DNA of 64,000 nucleotides, taken from Promethearchaeota archaeon (lineage in GTDB: Archaea; Asgardarchaeota; Lokiarchaeia; Sigyniarchaeales; SOKP01). Location of the stretch: contig JAHPZA010000004.1 of NCBI GenBank assembly GCA_019058445.1, positions 224,001 through 288,000 on the forward strand, read 5' to 3'. Shown here in pieces: positions 17,306 through 25,767 of this stretch. The notes below the pieces were generated by a model. That model saw only the letters and a program-made list of their open reading frames with translations, had not been told where the DNA came from and did not search any database. The translations under genes were made by a program, and so were the position numbers. Each line of letters opens with the position of its first letter. The first letter of the stretch is position 1.

Positions 17306-20227
17306 ATGATAATGTTAGTAAACAGAGATCATATAATTGAATATTTAAATCATATTCCCGAGGGAAAAACAAGAGACGAAATTATTGGTACTAGTATTTA
17401 CAATTATTTCCAACCCGATTATCATAAGTTGTATAGAAAATTTATTGATAAAGTTTTTGAAACTGGGCAACCAAAAAAGACTATTGTTCAAGCAATCGGT
17501 CTTAAAGATAACATTGCTTGGTATGAAACTATAATAATCCCTATTAGTATTGAAGGAAAGATTAACAAAGTGATATTTAATATTAGGGATATTACTGTTC
17601 GAAGAAATATAGAAACTGCTCTAAAAACAGCTCAAGATGAGATAATCCATAAAGATATGCTTGATTTACTTATAAATAATATTCCAGATATTATTTTTAT
17701 TACTGATTTAGAGGGTAAAATAAAATATATTAATCATTTACTCCCTGGATACAGTGAAAATAATGTAATAGGCTCTCATATCTATAATTATATACCAATT
17801 GAATACCAACCGCATCATGAAAAAATGATTAAGGAATGTATGAAGACAGGGGAAATACAAAAGAATATAGTCCAAGTTTATGACTTATCAAATAAGTTGC
17901 TTTGGTTTGAAACTCGTGTTATTCCAATTAAAAGAGACACTCATGAAATTGAATCCTTGTTATTTATTACTACTGATATTACAAAAAAAATAGAAGTAGA
18001 AAAAAATCTAAAGGATTCTGAAGAAAAATATCGAGAATTAGTAAATAATGCTAACAGTATAATTATTAAATTAAACAGAGATGGAGATTTCTTATTCATA
18101 AATGAATATGGAGAGGAATTCTTTGGTTTTTCTCAGGATGAGCTAATAGGGTGTAACGTTATTGGGACTATCGTTCCAAAAACAGAATCTTCTGGAAGAG
18201 ATTTAGAATCTTTAATATCAGTGATTTTGAGTAATCCTGATGAGTATAAATACATAGAAAATGAGAACATAACAAAATCAGGAAAAACTGTTTGGGTATC
18301 ATGGGCGAATAAAGCACTTTATGATAAAGAAGGAAAAATTATAGGAGTTTTAACAGTTGGAACAGATATAACTGAGAAAAAAGAAGCAGAGCAAGGATTA
18401 AAAATTTCTGAAGAAAAATACCGAAATATTATAAAAAATTTACATTTAGGCTATTTAAACGTAACTACAGAAGGGAAAATACTAATACATAACCCAACTT
18501 TTAATAAAATTGCGGGATTTGATTCAAATAAGGATTTAGTTGGCTTAAATATGCCTGACTTATGGCAAAATCCCGAAGATAGAAAGAAATATTTAGATCA
18601 ATTAAAAAAACAAGGTTGTGTATATAATTATATCATTTATGGTAGGAAAATCAATGGTGAAAAAATTATATTACTTGCCAATTCTCAATTACTAAAAAAT
18701 GACATTGGAGATGCGATAAGTATTGAGTCAACATTTATAGATATTACTGAAAAACATAAATTAGAACAAAAATTAAGAGAATCTGAAGAGAATTACCGTA
18801 ATCTTTATGAAGAGGCTCCCAACGCATATTTCTCAATAAGTATTGACAAGTCAATTTTAAGATGTAATAAAGCGGCAGAGAAACTTTTAGGTTATACTAA
18901 GGAAGAACTTCTTAGTATGAAAGTTTTTGATTTGTATGCTGACACAGAATATGGATTCTCTAAAGCTAAAGAGTTATTTCAAAAATTCTCCAAAGGTGAG
19001 CTAATTCAAGATGAAGAATTTCAAATGAAACGCAAGGATGATAAACATATTTGGATAAGTTTATCTGTAAAACCTATTTTAGATCAGGAAGGAAATATAA
19101 TCGAATCCCTCTCAATGGTAATAGATATGAACGAGCGTAAACGGGCAGAAGAAGCGTTAAAATCAGAGCGAGATAAATTAAAGGCAATGATTGACGGATT
19201 AACGAGTGCAGGATTAAGTATTGATATTATTGGAGATGACTATAAAGTCCAATATATGAATGATCTAATGAAAGAAAGATTTGGAGATTTTATCGGTAAG
19301 TTGTGTTATGAAAACTATATAGGAGCAACGGAACCGTGTGAAGATTGCCCAGCTATGAAATCGATAAAAACTAATACTATTGAGCGTGTGGAACAATCTG
19401 CTGTTGATAAAAGGAATTACGAAATTTTTTCTGCTCCAATTCCTAATCCTGATGGAACAATTAGTAAAGCTATTGAACTCGTAATAGATATTACAGAACG
19501 AAAAAAAGCAGAACAAGAATTAATCTTGTTAAGCCAATTAAAATCGGAATTACTTACCCGATATTCTCATGAATTAAAAACACCCCTTATGTCGATTAAG
19601 GGATTTACGAACCTATTATCAATAAAATTTCAAGATACTCTTCACGACGAGGAATTAAGTTTAATTGGTGAGATTACAAAGGGTTGTCATCGTTTAGAAA
19701 CCCTCGTTAGAAATATTTTAGATACTGCAGATTTAGATTCTGGTACAGTTGAGTTAGAGCTAACTAAAAATGATTTAAGCTCTGTTATAAGATCCTGTGT
19801 TGAGCAGTTAGAAGGATTTGCAAACTCGAGAGATCATACAATAAATTTAAAATTACACGAGGAATTACTAATTTCTTTCGATATCAAGCAAATCGTTCAA
19901 GTCGTAAACAATATAATAACTAACGCTATCAAATTTACCCCTCCCCAAGGAAGAATTACTATTCAATCTGAAATAAAAGAAGATTTTATTACAATCTCAA
20001 TTAGAGATACGGGAATTGGTTTTACAAACGAAGAAACTCAAATTTTATTTAAGCGATTTGGTAAAATTGAAAGGTTTGGACAAGGATTTGACATAATTAC
20101 CGAAGGTTCTGGTTTAGGATTATATCTCTCAAGAAAGATCGTAGAATTGCACGGTGGAGAGTTATGGGTCGAATCCGAAGGAAGAAATAAAGGATCTACG
20201 TTTTACATTACCCTTCCCCTACTTTAA
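17306..20227 (+). CDS. Cytoplasmic multi-PAS (about 6) sensor histidine kinase; N-terminus extends upstream of the called ATG
   Basis: Repeated 'DITE.K..E..L..SEEKYR' PAS linkers; H-box SHELKTPL; N-box NIITNAIKFT; G1 DTGIG; G2 GSGLGL; GSTF. Confidence 0.93.
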   Translation: MIMLVNRDHIIEYLNHIPEGKTRDEIIGTSIYNYFQPDYHKLYRKFIDKVFETGQPKKTIVQAIGLKDNIAWYETIIIPISIEGKINKVIFNIRDITVRRNIETALKTAQDEIIHKDMLDLLINNIPDIIFITDLEGKIKYINHLLPGYSENNVIGSHIYNYIPIEYQPHHEKMIKECMKTGEIQKNIVQVYDLSNKLLWFETRVIPIKRDTHEIESLLFITTDITKKIEVEKNLKDSEEKYRELVNNANSIIIKLNRDGDFLFINEYGEEFFGFSQDELIGCNVIGTIVPKTESSGRDLESLISVILSNPDEYKYIENENITKSGKTVWVSWANKALYDKEGKIIGVLTVGTDITEKKEAEQGLKISEEKYRNIIKNLHLGYLNVTTEGKILIHNPTFNKIAGFDSNKDLVGLNMPDLWQNPEDRKKYLDQLKKQGCVYNYIIYGRKINGEKIILLANSQLLKNDIGDAISIESTFIDITEKHKLEQKLRESEENYRNLYEEAPNAYFSISIDKSILRCNKAAEKLLGYTKEELLSMKVFDLYADTEYGFSKAKELFQKFSKGELIQDEEFQMKRKDDKHIWISLSVKPILDQEGNIIESLSMVIDMNERKRAEEALKSERDKLKAMIDGLTSAGLSIDIIGDDYKVQYMNDLMKERFGDFIGKLCYENYIGATEPCEDCPAMKSIKTNTIERVEQSAVDKRNYEIFSAPIPNPDGTISKAIELVIDITERKKAEQELILLSQLKSELLTRYSHELKTPLMSIKGFTNLLSIKFQDTLHDEELSLIGEITKGCHRLETLVRNILDTADLDSGTVELELTKNDLSSVIRSCVEQLEGFANSRDHTINLKLHEELLISFDIKQIVQVVNNIITNAIKFTPPQGRITIQSEIKEDFITISIRDTGIGFTNEETQILFKRFGKIERFGQGFDIITEGSGLGLYLSRKIVELHGGELWVESEGRNKGSTFYITLPLL

Positions 20228-20556
20228 TTTAAAGTATAATTTAACATCCTCTTAACTATTCCCTTGAGAATTAAAAATTAGTCATTTTTAAATGTCAGTT
20301 ATTTTATCATAGTATTTGGATTAGCGTTAATAGTTAGGATAAACATAATAGAATAACAGAATAACAAGACAAATAGCCTGAACACCTCCAACAGCATCCA
20401 TAAAATAATAATTTTAGAATTGAGTGATAATCAAAAGGTTTATTAGGAAAGGAATTAATAATAAAAGCAAAATAATTCTATTTCCCACACTATTTCAGGT
20501 ATATTAACTTTCTTTATAATTAAATTTTGCTTTAGATACTATTCGTTTATCTGGAA

Positions 20557-21399
20557 TTAATTTTTACGGGAGTTCATAATCTTTTTTAGCTGTTTTCTTT
20601 TCTCCTCAAGAAATTTGTTCCAATCAAAAGCTAAAATAAAATACATTATGGTAAGTGTAACTAAGAGCATAATTGCTTCAGTAATAACAGTAGATTCATC
20701 ATTCACTTCAATTCCAGATGCCGCTAACCCTAAAATAATTAATATAGGGAGTAGAACGTAGATTGTGGTGGTAATTGTTTTTCCGATCCACCCCGCGATA
20801 ATTAATTTTGGGATACTTAATTTTTTTTCTGACATACCTAAGGCAATCCAAAGGGGATCATCAGGAATAGGAAGAGCAGCAGCAATAAACACATACAGAT
20901 ACATTCTATTGGGATGTTCAATTATTAATTTGCCAAAACCTTCAATATTATGAAGGACTATTGATTCTTTATCTGATTTTTTTACAATAATTTTCGCACC
21001 GCGACCAAGTAAAAAGCTAGTAATTTCTCCTAAAGCAGCTCCAAGACCACCAGCTATCGCGATTCCCATAATTTCAAGCCAAAATGGACCGCTTACTAAA
21101 ATTTCCCCCAAAACTAAACCCCGTTTAGTATATTTTAAATAAATTGAATTAGATAAGCTAAACAACACAAAAGGGAATGGAACAGGAAATCCGATTGAAG
21201 CAGAACCAATGAAACATACGATAAGCGCAAACAAAAGAGCCCAATAGTAATTTGATCCTTCTGTTAAATTCGCAATATCTTGTCTAGATTGCATTATCGC
21301 TTCTTTAATGTCAGGAAACAATAAAAATAACAATAGATATATTATTACGGCTAAATAGAAAAACATAAAGACGCTGGTTAGCTTTTTATCGATTGTCAT
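20557..21399 (-). CDS. DedA/VTT (SNARE-associated-Golgi) family membrane protein
   Basis: FPVPF re-entrant segment, GGLGAALGEITSFLLGRG, AALPIPDDPLWIALG, GWIGK. Confidence 0.75.
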   Translation of the reverse strand: MTIDKKLTSVFMFFYLAVIIYLLLFLLFPDIKEAIMQSRQDIANLTEGSNYYWALLFALIVCFIGSASIGFPVPFPFVLFSLSNSIYLKYTKRGLVLGEILVSGPFWLEIMGIAIAGGLGAALGEITSFLLGRGAKIIVKKSDKESIVLHNIEGFGKLIIEHPNRMYLYVFIAAALPIPDDPLWIALGMSEKKLSIPKLIIAGWIGKTITTTIYVLLPILIILGLAASGIEVNDESTVITEAIMLLVTLTIMYFILAFDWNKFLEEKRKQLKKIMNSRKN

Positions 21400-21419
21400 A
21401 ATAACTCTGATACCCTTTC

Positions 21420-21806
21420 TTATTTTATGATTGAGATTTTGGTATTCATCCCATTCATTGCTTTTTGAAACAACTCGATATTTGCCGTAATTTTGCCAAT
21501 TTTATTAATTTTATTTGGCATTTCAATTGTTTCCAAAATAATAATCATTTCATCTGTTTTTGGACTATATACGATATCCGCTTTCTCAACGTTTCTAGTA
21601 GCTTTTGAGTCAGGTCCCTTTCTTATCCCAATTGGTAAAGTCCAATAATTTTTCGAGCCAAATCCAAATCTCCCTCTCAAAACAAAGGGCATTTTTCTTA
21701 GTATCGCATCTGCCGAAATGGGACCCAAATGTCTTGTTATAAGCCCCTCTACATTTCCTACGTTAAATATTTCTATTCGAATCTTTATATCTCCTTTACC
21801 AGACAT
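21420..21806 (-). CDS. Cyclophilin-like fold protein (DUF369/TM1367-like)
   Basis: P-x-S-A-x-A-I-L-x-x-M-P-F, VEKADIVYSP, NKIGKI pattern. Confidence 0.7.
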   Translation of the reverse strand: MSGKGDIKIRIEIFNVGNVEGLITRHLGPISADAILRKMPFVLRGRFGFGSKNYWTLPIGIRKGPDSKATRNVEKADIVYSPKTDEMIIILETIEMPNKINKIGKITANIELFQKAMNGMNTKISIIK

Positions 21807-21995
21807 GTCTTGTTAATAAAATAAATTAAAGTATATATATTATTTTAGATGGATGAAAATTTTGATCATCTTATCTAAGTAGTGGATTTTTAATAGCTGT
21901 AAATCGTTTAATAAACCTATAATAACGCTTTGTATTAGAGTTATTTTCAGTTTAATATGTTTTTTCCCAAATTCAATAAAAAATTAATAGTAAAA

Positions 21996-22003
21996 TTTAA
22001 ATA
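21996..22003 (+). promoter_or_regulatory. Archaeal TATA box (TTTAAATA) with A-rich BRE, positioned for a start at G22026
   Basis: AGTAAAA-TTTAAATA. The first T is 30 nt upstream of 22026, the first base of the terminal inverted repeat; no ORF follows. Confidence 0.55.
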
Positions 22004-22025
22004 TTCAATTTGTTATATTATTTGT

Positions 22026-22580
22026 GGACAATAGTAAGCATTGGTTTAAGTTACGTTAATACGGAACTAAACAATAGTAAGATAGAAACAGGTAATTAAT
22101 CGGTTCATAATTTCCGACGAATTTTTTTTTTTTATTCTTACGGAGATTGCACGTTTCTGAATTACATCTATAAATTTTCATTATATTATTAACCATTAGT
22201 ACACGAAGTACTAATCTACATTCAAATTTCAAAATAATCCAAAAAAATCTTTACGCTGGTGCTCCATTTTAAAGATTTGCCTTCAAGTTATTCCCGAAGC
22301 TAAGATTAATCCACTAATAACTGTGCAAAGTTGTACTTTAATTCCAAAAATGTGATTTAAAGTCGTTTTAACGAGTAGTAAATTTTTACACCATTAGGGA
22401 GTTCTAAGAGACTTTAAAGATCATTACTACATTACAACAAAATCTCATGTAAAATTAATGTGTTTTTTAAAATAGGGACTTATATTCCGAATGGTTTAGT
22501 TAAAAATTCTCAGGAGTTTTATACCCAGTAGAAACAGAATCTCAGAGAATTAAATAATATTCGGACTTTACTATTGTCCC
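22026..22580 (+). ncRNA. Candidate large structured non-coding RNA (~555 nt), family unassigned
   Basis: 5' GGACAATAGTAA (22026-22037) is the exact complement of 3' TTACTATTGTCC (22568-22579). Nested stems at 22041-22074, 22084-89/22153-58, 22195-202/22208-15, 22245-53/22270-78, 22356-64/22410-18, 22486-92/22559-65, 22505-11/22545-51. Upstream TATA, downstream T-tract, no ORF. Confidence 0.6.
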
Positions 22581-22592
22581 TCTCTTTTTTTT
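22581..22592 (+). terminator. Oligo-T terminator-like tract
   Basis: TCTCTTTTTTTT directly after the 3' strand of the terminal helix. Confidence 0.5.
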
Positions 22593-23448
22593 ATAGATTT
22601 TCCAATTCAATTAAATCTAATTTACTATCGATATCATAAAACATGTACTTCTTAGAAATTTCTACAGCAATAATTCTTTTTCCTTGTTTTACCATATAAT
22701 TAACTATCTCTCTAATAGTTTTAACTGATTTTTTTTTCTCAGCGCTAATAATTTCTTGAATGAAGTCATAGGGAAATAAAAAGATTGGAACGATTTGATT
22801 AACAGTTTCAGAACTAGTTATTTCACTTAAGTTTATCTTTTTAATTCTCTTAAGAAAGTTTTGCATCTCTTCATTTTCTATATCAGCTACAGAAATTATT
22901 TTTGATTGAATTCCTTTTTGAAAAAAAGTTTTTTGAATTTTTCTGTAAAATATTAAAGGTTTTTTTTTAATTACACTCAAATTATCTTCGATAAACGAGA
23001 AAATCTCATTTAAGAGATGATGCTGAAAAATCGTATCTCCAGGAATGATAAGATATACATATCTATCTTGGTAAAGCTGCTTATTCTTGGTAAAGGAAAG
23101 GAAGGAATAAAGCGGTCCTAATTTATATTCATCTGTCGCATCAACCACATACAGGATATTATTTATCTCTGCATTATATCGTTTCAATCTAGCAATAAAT
23201 TCATCAATTTTTTTTGCCAAATATCCTTTTACTATTGCGATTTTCTTAACACTCAAATTTATTAATAAATCAATGGTAAATTGAACGATTGGCTTGTTAT
23301 TTAGAGCAGGGATTTTAATTAATGGTTTTGGAGTGTTTTGTGTAAGTTCTTGAAGACGAACACCTTCTCCAGCACATAAAATAATCGTAAAAAGAGATTT
23401 ATTCCATTCCTTATTTGGTTGTGACAATTGTGTTCCCATCCAAGTCAA
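22591..23448 (-). CDS. Sugar-phosphate nucleotidyltransferase (NTP_transferase family)
   Basis: IILCAGEGVRL...TPKPLI signature, PGDT, DIDS; start uncertain (overlaps map). Confidence 0.85.
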   Translation of the reverse strand: MTWMGTQLSQPNKEWNKSLFTIILCAGEGVRLQELTQNTPKPLIKIPALNNKPIVQFTIDLLINLSVKKIAIVKGYLAKKIDEFIARLKRYNAEINNILYVVDATDEYKLGPLYSFLSFTKNKQLYQDRYVYLIIPGDTIFQHHLLNEIFSFIEDNLSVIKKKPLIFYRKIQKTFFQKGIQSKIISVADIENEEMQNFLKRIKKINLSEITSSETVNQIVPIFLFPYDFIQEIISAEKKKSVKTIREIVNYMVKQGKRIIAVEISKKYMFYDIDSKLDLIELENL

Positions 23449-24325
23449 TTATTATAGTGTGCTCTTGTTGAGCCACAAATTCACCAGATCTCTCAATCAA
23501 AATGGGATAATGATCAAGTATGTTCTTTCTTACAAATGCATCAATAGTTCTTTGTATTTTATTCTTCGGTATTAAGTTCTTATTTTCTAAAAATCGAGGG
23601 GAAAAAGGGAGGTGATTAGTATTTTTTTCAATTTTATTCATATAACCCTGCTGTTCATAGGGTAAGTTTTTCTTTTTTCGTTTAGCAAAACGATAAATAT
23701 AGGAATGTTTCCCATTTACTACTTTTCCTACTCCTGATGTAGTAAATGGTTCACACGCATATGCATCACCGGGTTTTAACACTTCGCTATGTAACGTTTC
23801 TTTATAATTTGGTATAAAAGGCCCCGCATGCAAATTATATTGCTTTAATTCATGACCACCTAGATTAGTAATTGGTCGTAAACCATGACTGATTATTTTT
23901 TGAGCAATGACTTCTCCTAACTCATAAAGTTTAGTTCCTGGTTTAAATATTTCAATTGCAGCTTCGAGACCCTCCTCTGCGGCATCTATATACGTTTGAA
24001 GTTTAGGATCTTCACCTAAATTTAAAGTTATCGCTGAGTCTGCAATATAACCATTGAAGTGAGAGCCAATATCTATTTTTAATAAACCACTTTCGGGTAT
24101 TAAGGTCTTATCATCAATTACGGGACTATAATGTGCTGCGACCTCATTTAAGGACATATTAACAGGAAATGATAATTCACAACCATTTTTGTAAATCTCA
24201 GCTTCAATTTTATTAGCCACATCTAAAAAAAAAGCTCCTGGTTTCACAATCTCTTTTGCTAATTTTTTAGCAGCAATCACGGCTTTTCCTGCTTTAATAT
24301 AATCTTGAATATAATCTTCAGTCAT
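23411..24325 (-). CDS. map: Methionine aminopeptidase type II
   Basis: FPVNMSLNEVAAHY, KIDIGSHFNGYIADSA, NLGGH, LHAG, EPF, QEHT. Confidence 0.95.
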   Translation of the reverse strand: MTEDYIQDYIKAGKAVIAAKKLAKEIVKPGAFFLDVANKIEAEIYKNGCELSFPVNMSLNEVAAHYSPVIDDKTLIPESGLLKIDIGSHFNGYIADSAITLNLGEDPKLQTYIDAAEEGLEAAIEIFKPGTKLYELGEVIAQKIISHGLRPITNLGGHELKQYNLHAGPFIPNYKETLHSEVLKPGDAYACEPFTTSGVGKVVNGKHSYIYRFAKRKKKNLPYEQQGYMNKIEKNTNHLPFSPRFLENKNLIPKNKIQRTIDAFVRKNILDHYPILIERSGEFVAQQEHTIIIDLDGNTIVTTK

Positions 24326-24360
24326 AATTTAAAAATAGGTTTTTATTTTCTTTAAATAAA

Positions 24361-25695
24361 TTAGGGAGTTAGTCTGTCAGGGGTTCTTGGATACATGACC
24401 GCTTCTCTTATGTCATCTAATCCACATAAGAAAGTTATCCATCTATCAATCCCTAGTCCTACTCCTGCGTGAGGTGGCATTCCAAAATCATACACTTTCA
24501 GATGGGATTCAAATGCGATTGGATTAAGCCCTTTAGCCTCCAGAGCTTGACGTAGTTGCTCACTACTGTGAACTCTTGTTCCTCCTGAGGTCAATTCAAG
24601 CCATCCCATTTGTAAATCAAACGATTCGCTATATTTCGGGTCTTTTGAGGGCATTATATAAAATGGTTTAATTGACATTGGCCAATGAGTGATATAATAA
24701 TATCCTGTTAATTCTTTTCCTAATTTACGGTATGCTTCTGTGGAAATATCCTCACCGAATTCGATGGAAATCCTAAATTTTGACTCTATCAATTCAAGCA
24801 TTTCTTCATAAGTGTATCGAGGAAATGGAAGTTCCGGAAGAACTGTCTTTTCTTCCATTTTTAAGAATTTTAATGAATTCATTTGATTTTCTCTCACATT
24901 TTTAATAACCTGATGTACTAATTCTTCTAAAGTTTTCAGAACATCATTCATTGTGGCAAAAGCCATTTCGATATCCAAGGTGAATATTTCACATAAATGT
25001 CTTCTTGTATGGCTTTTCTCTGCTCTAAAACAATCACTAATCTCAAAAACTCTTTCAAAAACCCCACTTAATTGTTCTTTATATAATTGAGCAGACTGAG
25101 TAAGAAACGCCTCTTTATCAAAATACATTATTGGAAATAACTCTGTTCCTCCCTCAGTGGCAGATCCGATTATTTTTGGAGTGGTAATTTCCGTAAAATT
25201 ATTCTCAAGCAGAAATTCTCTAATAGTATTTAATACTTCTCCCCTGATCTGAAAAACTGCTTGATTTCTGACAGATCTTAAATCTAATGCCCTATTATTA
25301 AGTCTTAAATCCAATTCGGAAATAGTTTCTCCTGTCATGTCGATTGGTAATTTATCAGGAGTTTTATTTAATATTTTTAGCTCAGAGGGAATAACTTCAA
25401 TCCCACCGGGAGCTTTTTTAAAAGCCTTCACTTTACCCTTAACCATAATGCAATATTGATATCCAACTTTCGTTTTATCAAAAATCTCATCAGATACTAC
25501 GCCTTTTTTCAAGGTAATTTGACGTTCTCCATATTTATCTTGAAGGTTAATAAATTTTAATCCACCTAAGTCTCTATAGTTGCGGACCCAGCCTCCTAAA
25601 GTAACCTCTTGATCAATTAAATCCGGAGTAACTTCATGTGTATAATGAGTTTTCCGCCAGTCATCCATATCATCTAGCATTTCTTTTAGCAACAT
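24361..25695 (-). CDS. aspS: Aspartyl-tRNA synthetase, archaeal, probably non-discriminating
   Basis: OB domain [22 protein letters not shown] motif 2, [12 protein letters not shown] motif 3. Pro in the KAPGG loop is typical of ND-AspRS. Confidence 0.95.
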   Translation of the reverse strand: MLLKEMLDDMDDWRKTHYTHEVTPDLIDQEVTLGGWVRNYRDLGGLKFINLQDKYGERQITLKKGVVSDEIFDKTKVGYQYCIMVKGKVKAFKKAPGGIEVIPSELKILNKTPDKLPIDMTGETISELDLRLNNRALDLRSVRNQAVFQIRGEVLNTIREFLLENNFTEITTPKIIGSATEGGTELFPIMYFDKEAFLTQSAQLYKEQLSGVFERVFEISDCFRAEKSHTRRHLCEIFTLDIEMAFATMNDVLKTLEELVHQVIKNVRENQMNSLKFLKMEEKTVLPELPFPRYTYEEMLELIESKFRISIEFGEDISTEAYRKLGKELTGYYYITHWPMSIKPFYIMPSKDPKYSESFDLQMGWLELTSGGTRVHSSEQLRQALEAKGLNPIAFESHLKVYDFGMPPHAGVGLGIDRWITFLCGLDDIREAVMYPRTPDRLTP

Positions 25696-25767
25696 TTAGT
25701 ATTATTTAAAAATTAAGTTTTAAAATGAAAAATAACAATAAAATTTTTTGTTATCTTATGTAGTAAT

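Noticed and set aside
20298-20401. Short hydrophobic minus-strand ORFs between the kinase and DedA genes
   Set aside because: All three frames give similar 24-35-codon hydrophobic peptides, as expected from T-rich DNA.
22026-22580. Assignment of the structured region as RNase P RNA, SRP RNA, tmRNA or a replication origin
   Set aside because: No GAGGAAAGUCC-type CR-I, no SRP helix-8 motif and no tRNA-like ends. Only one mini-ORB-like word (CCAGTAGAAAC, 22525-22535) and no cdc6/orc1 nearby. Left unassigned.
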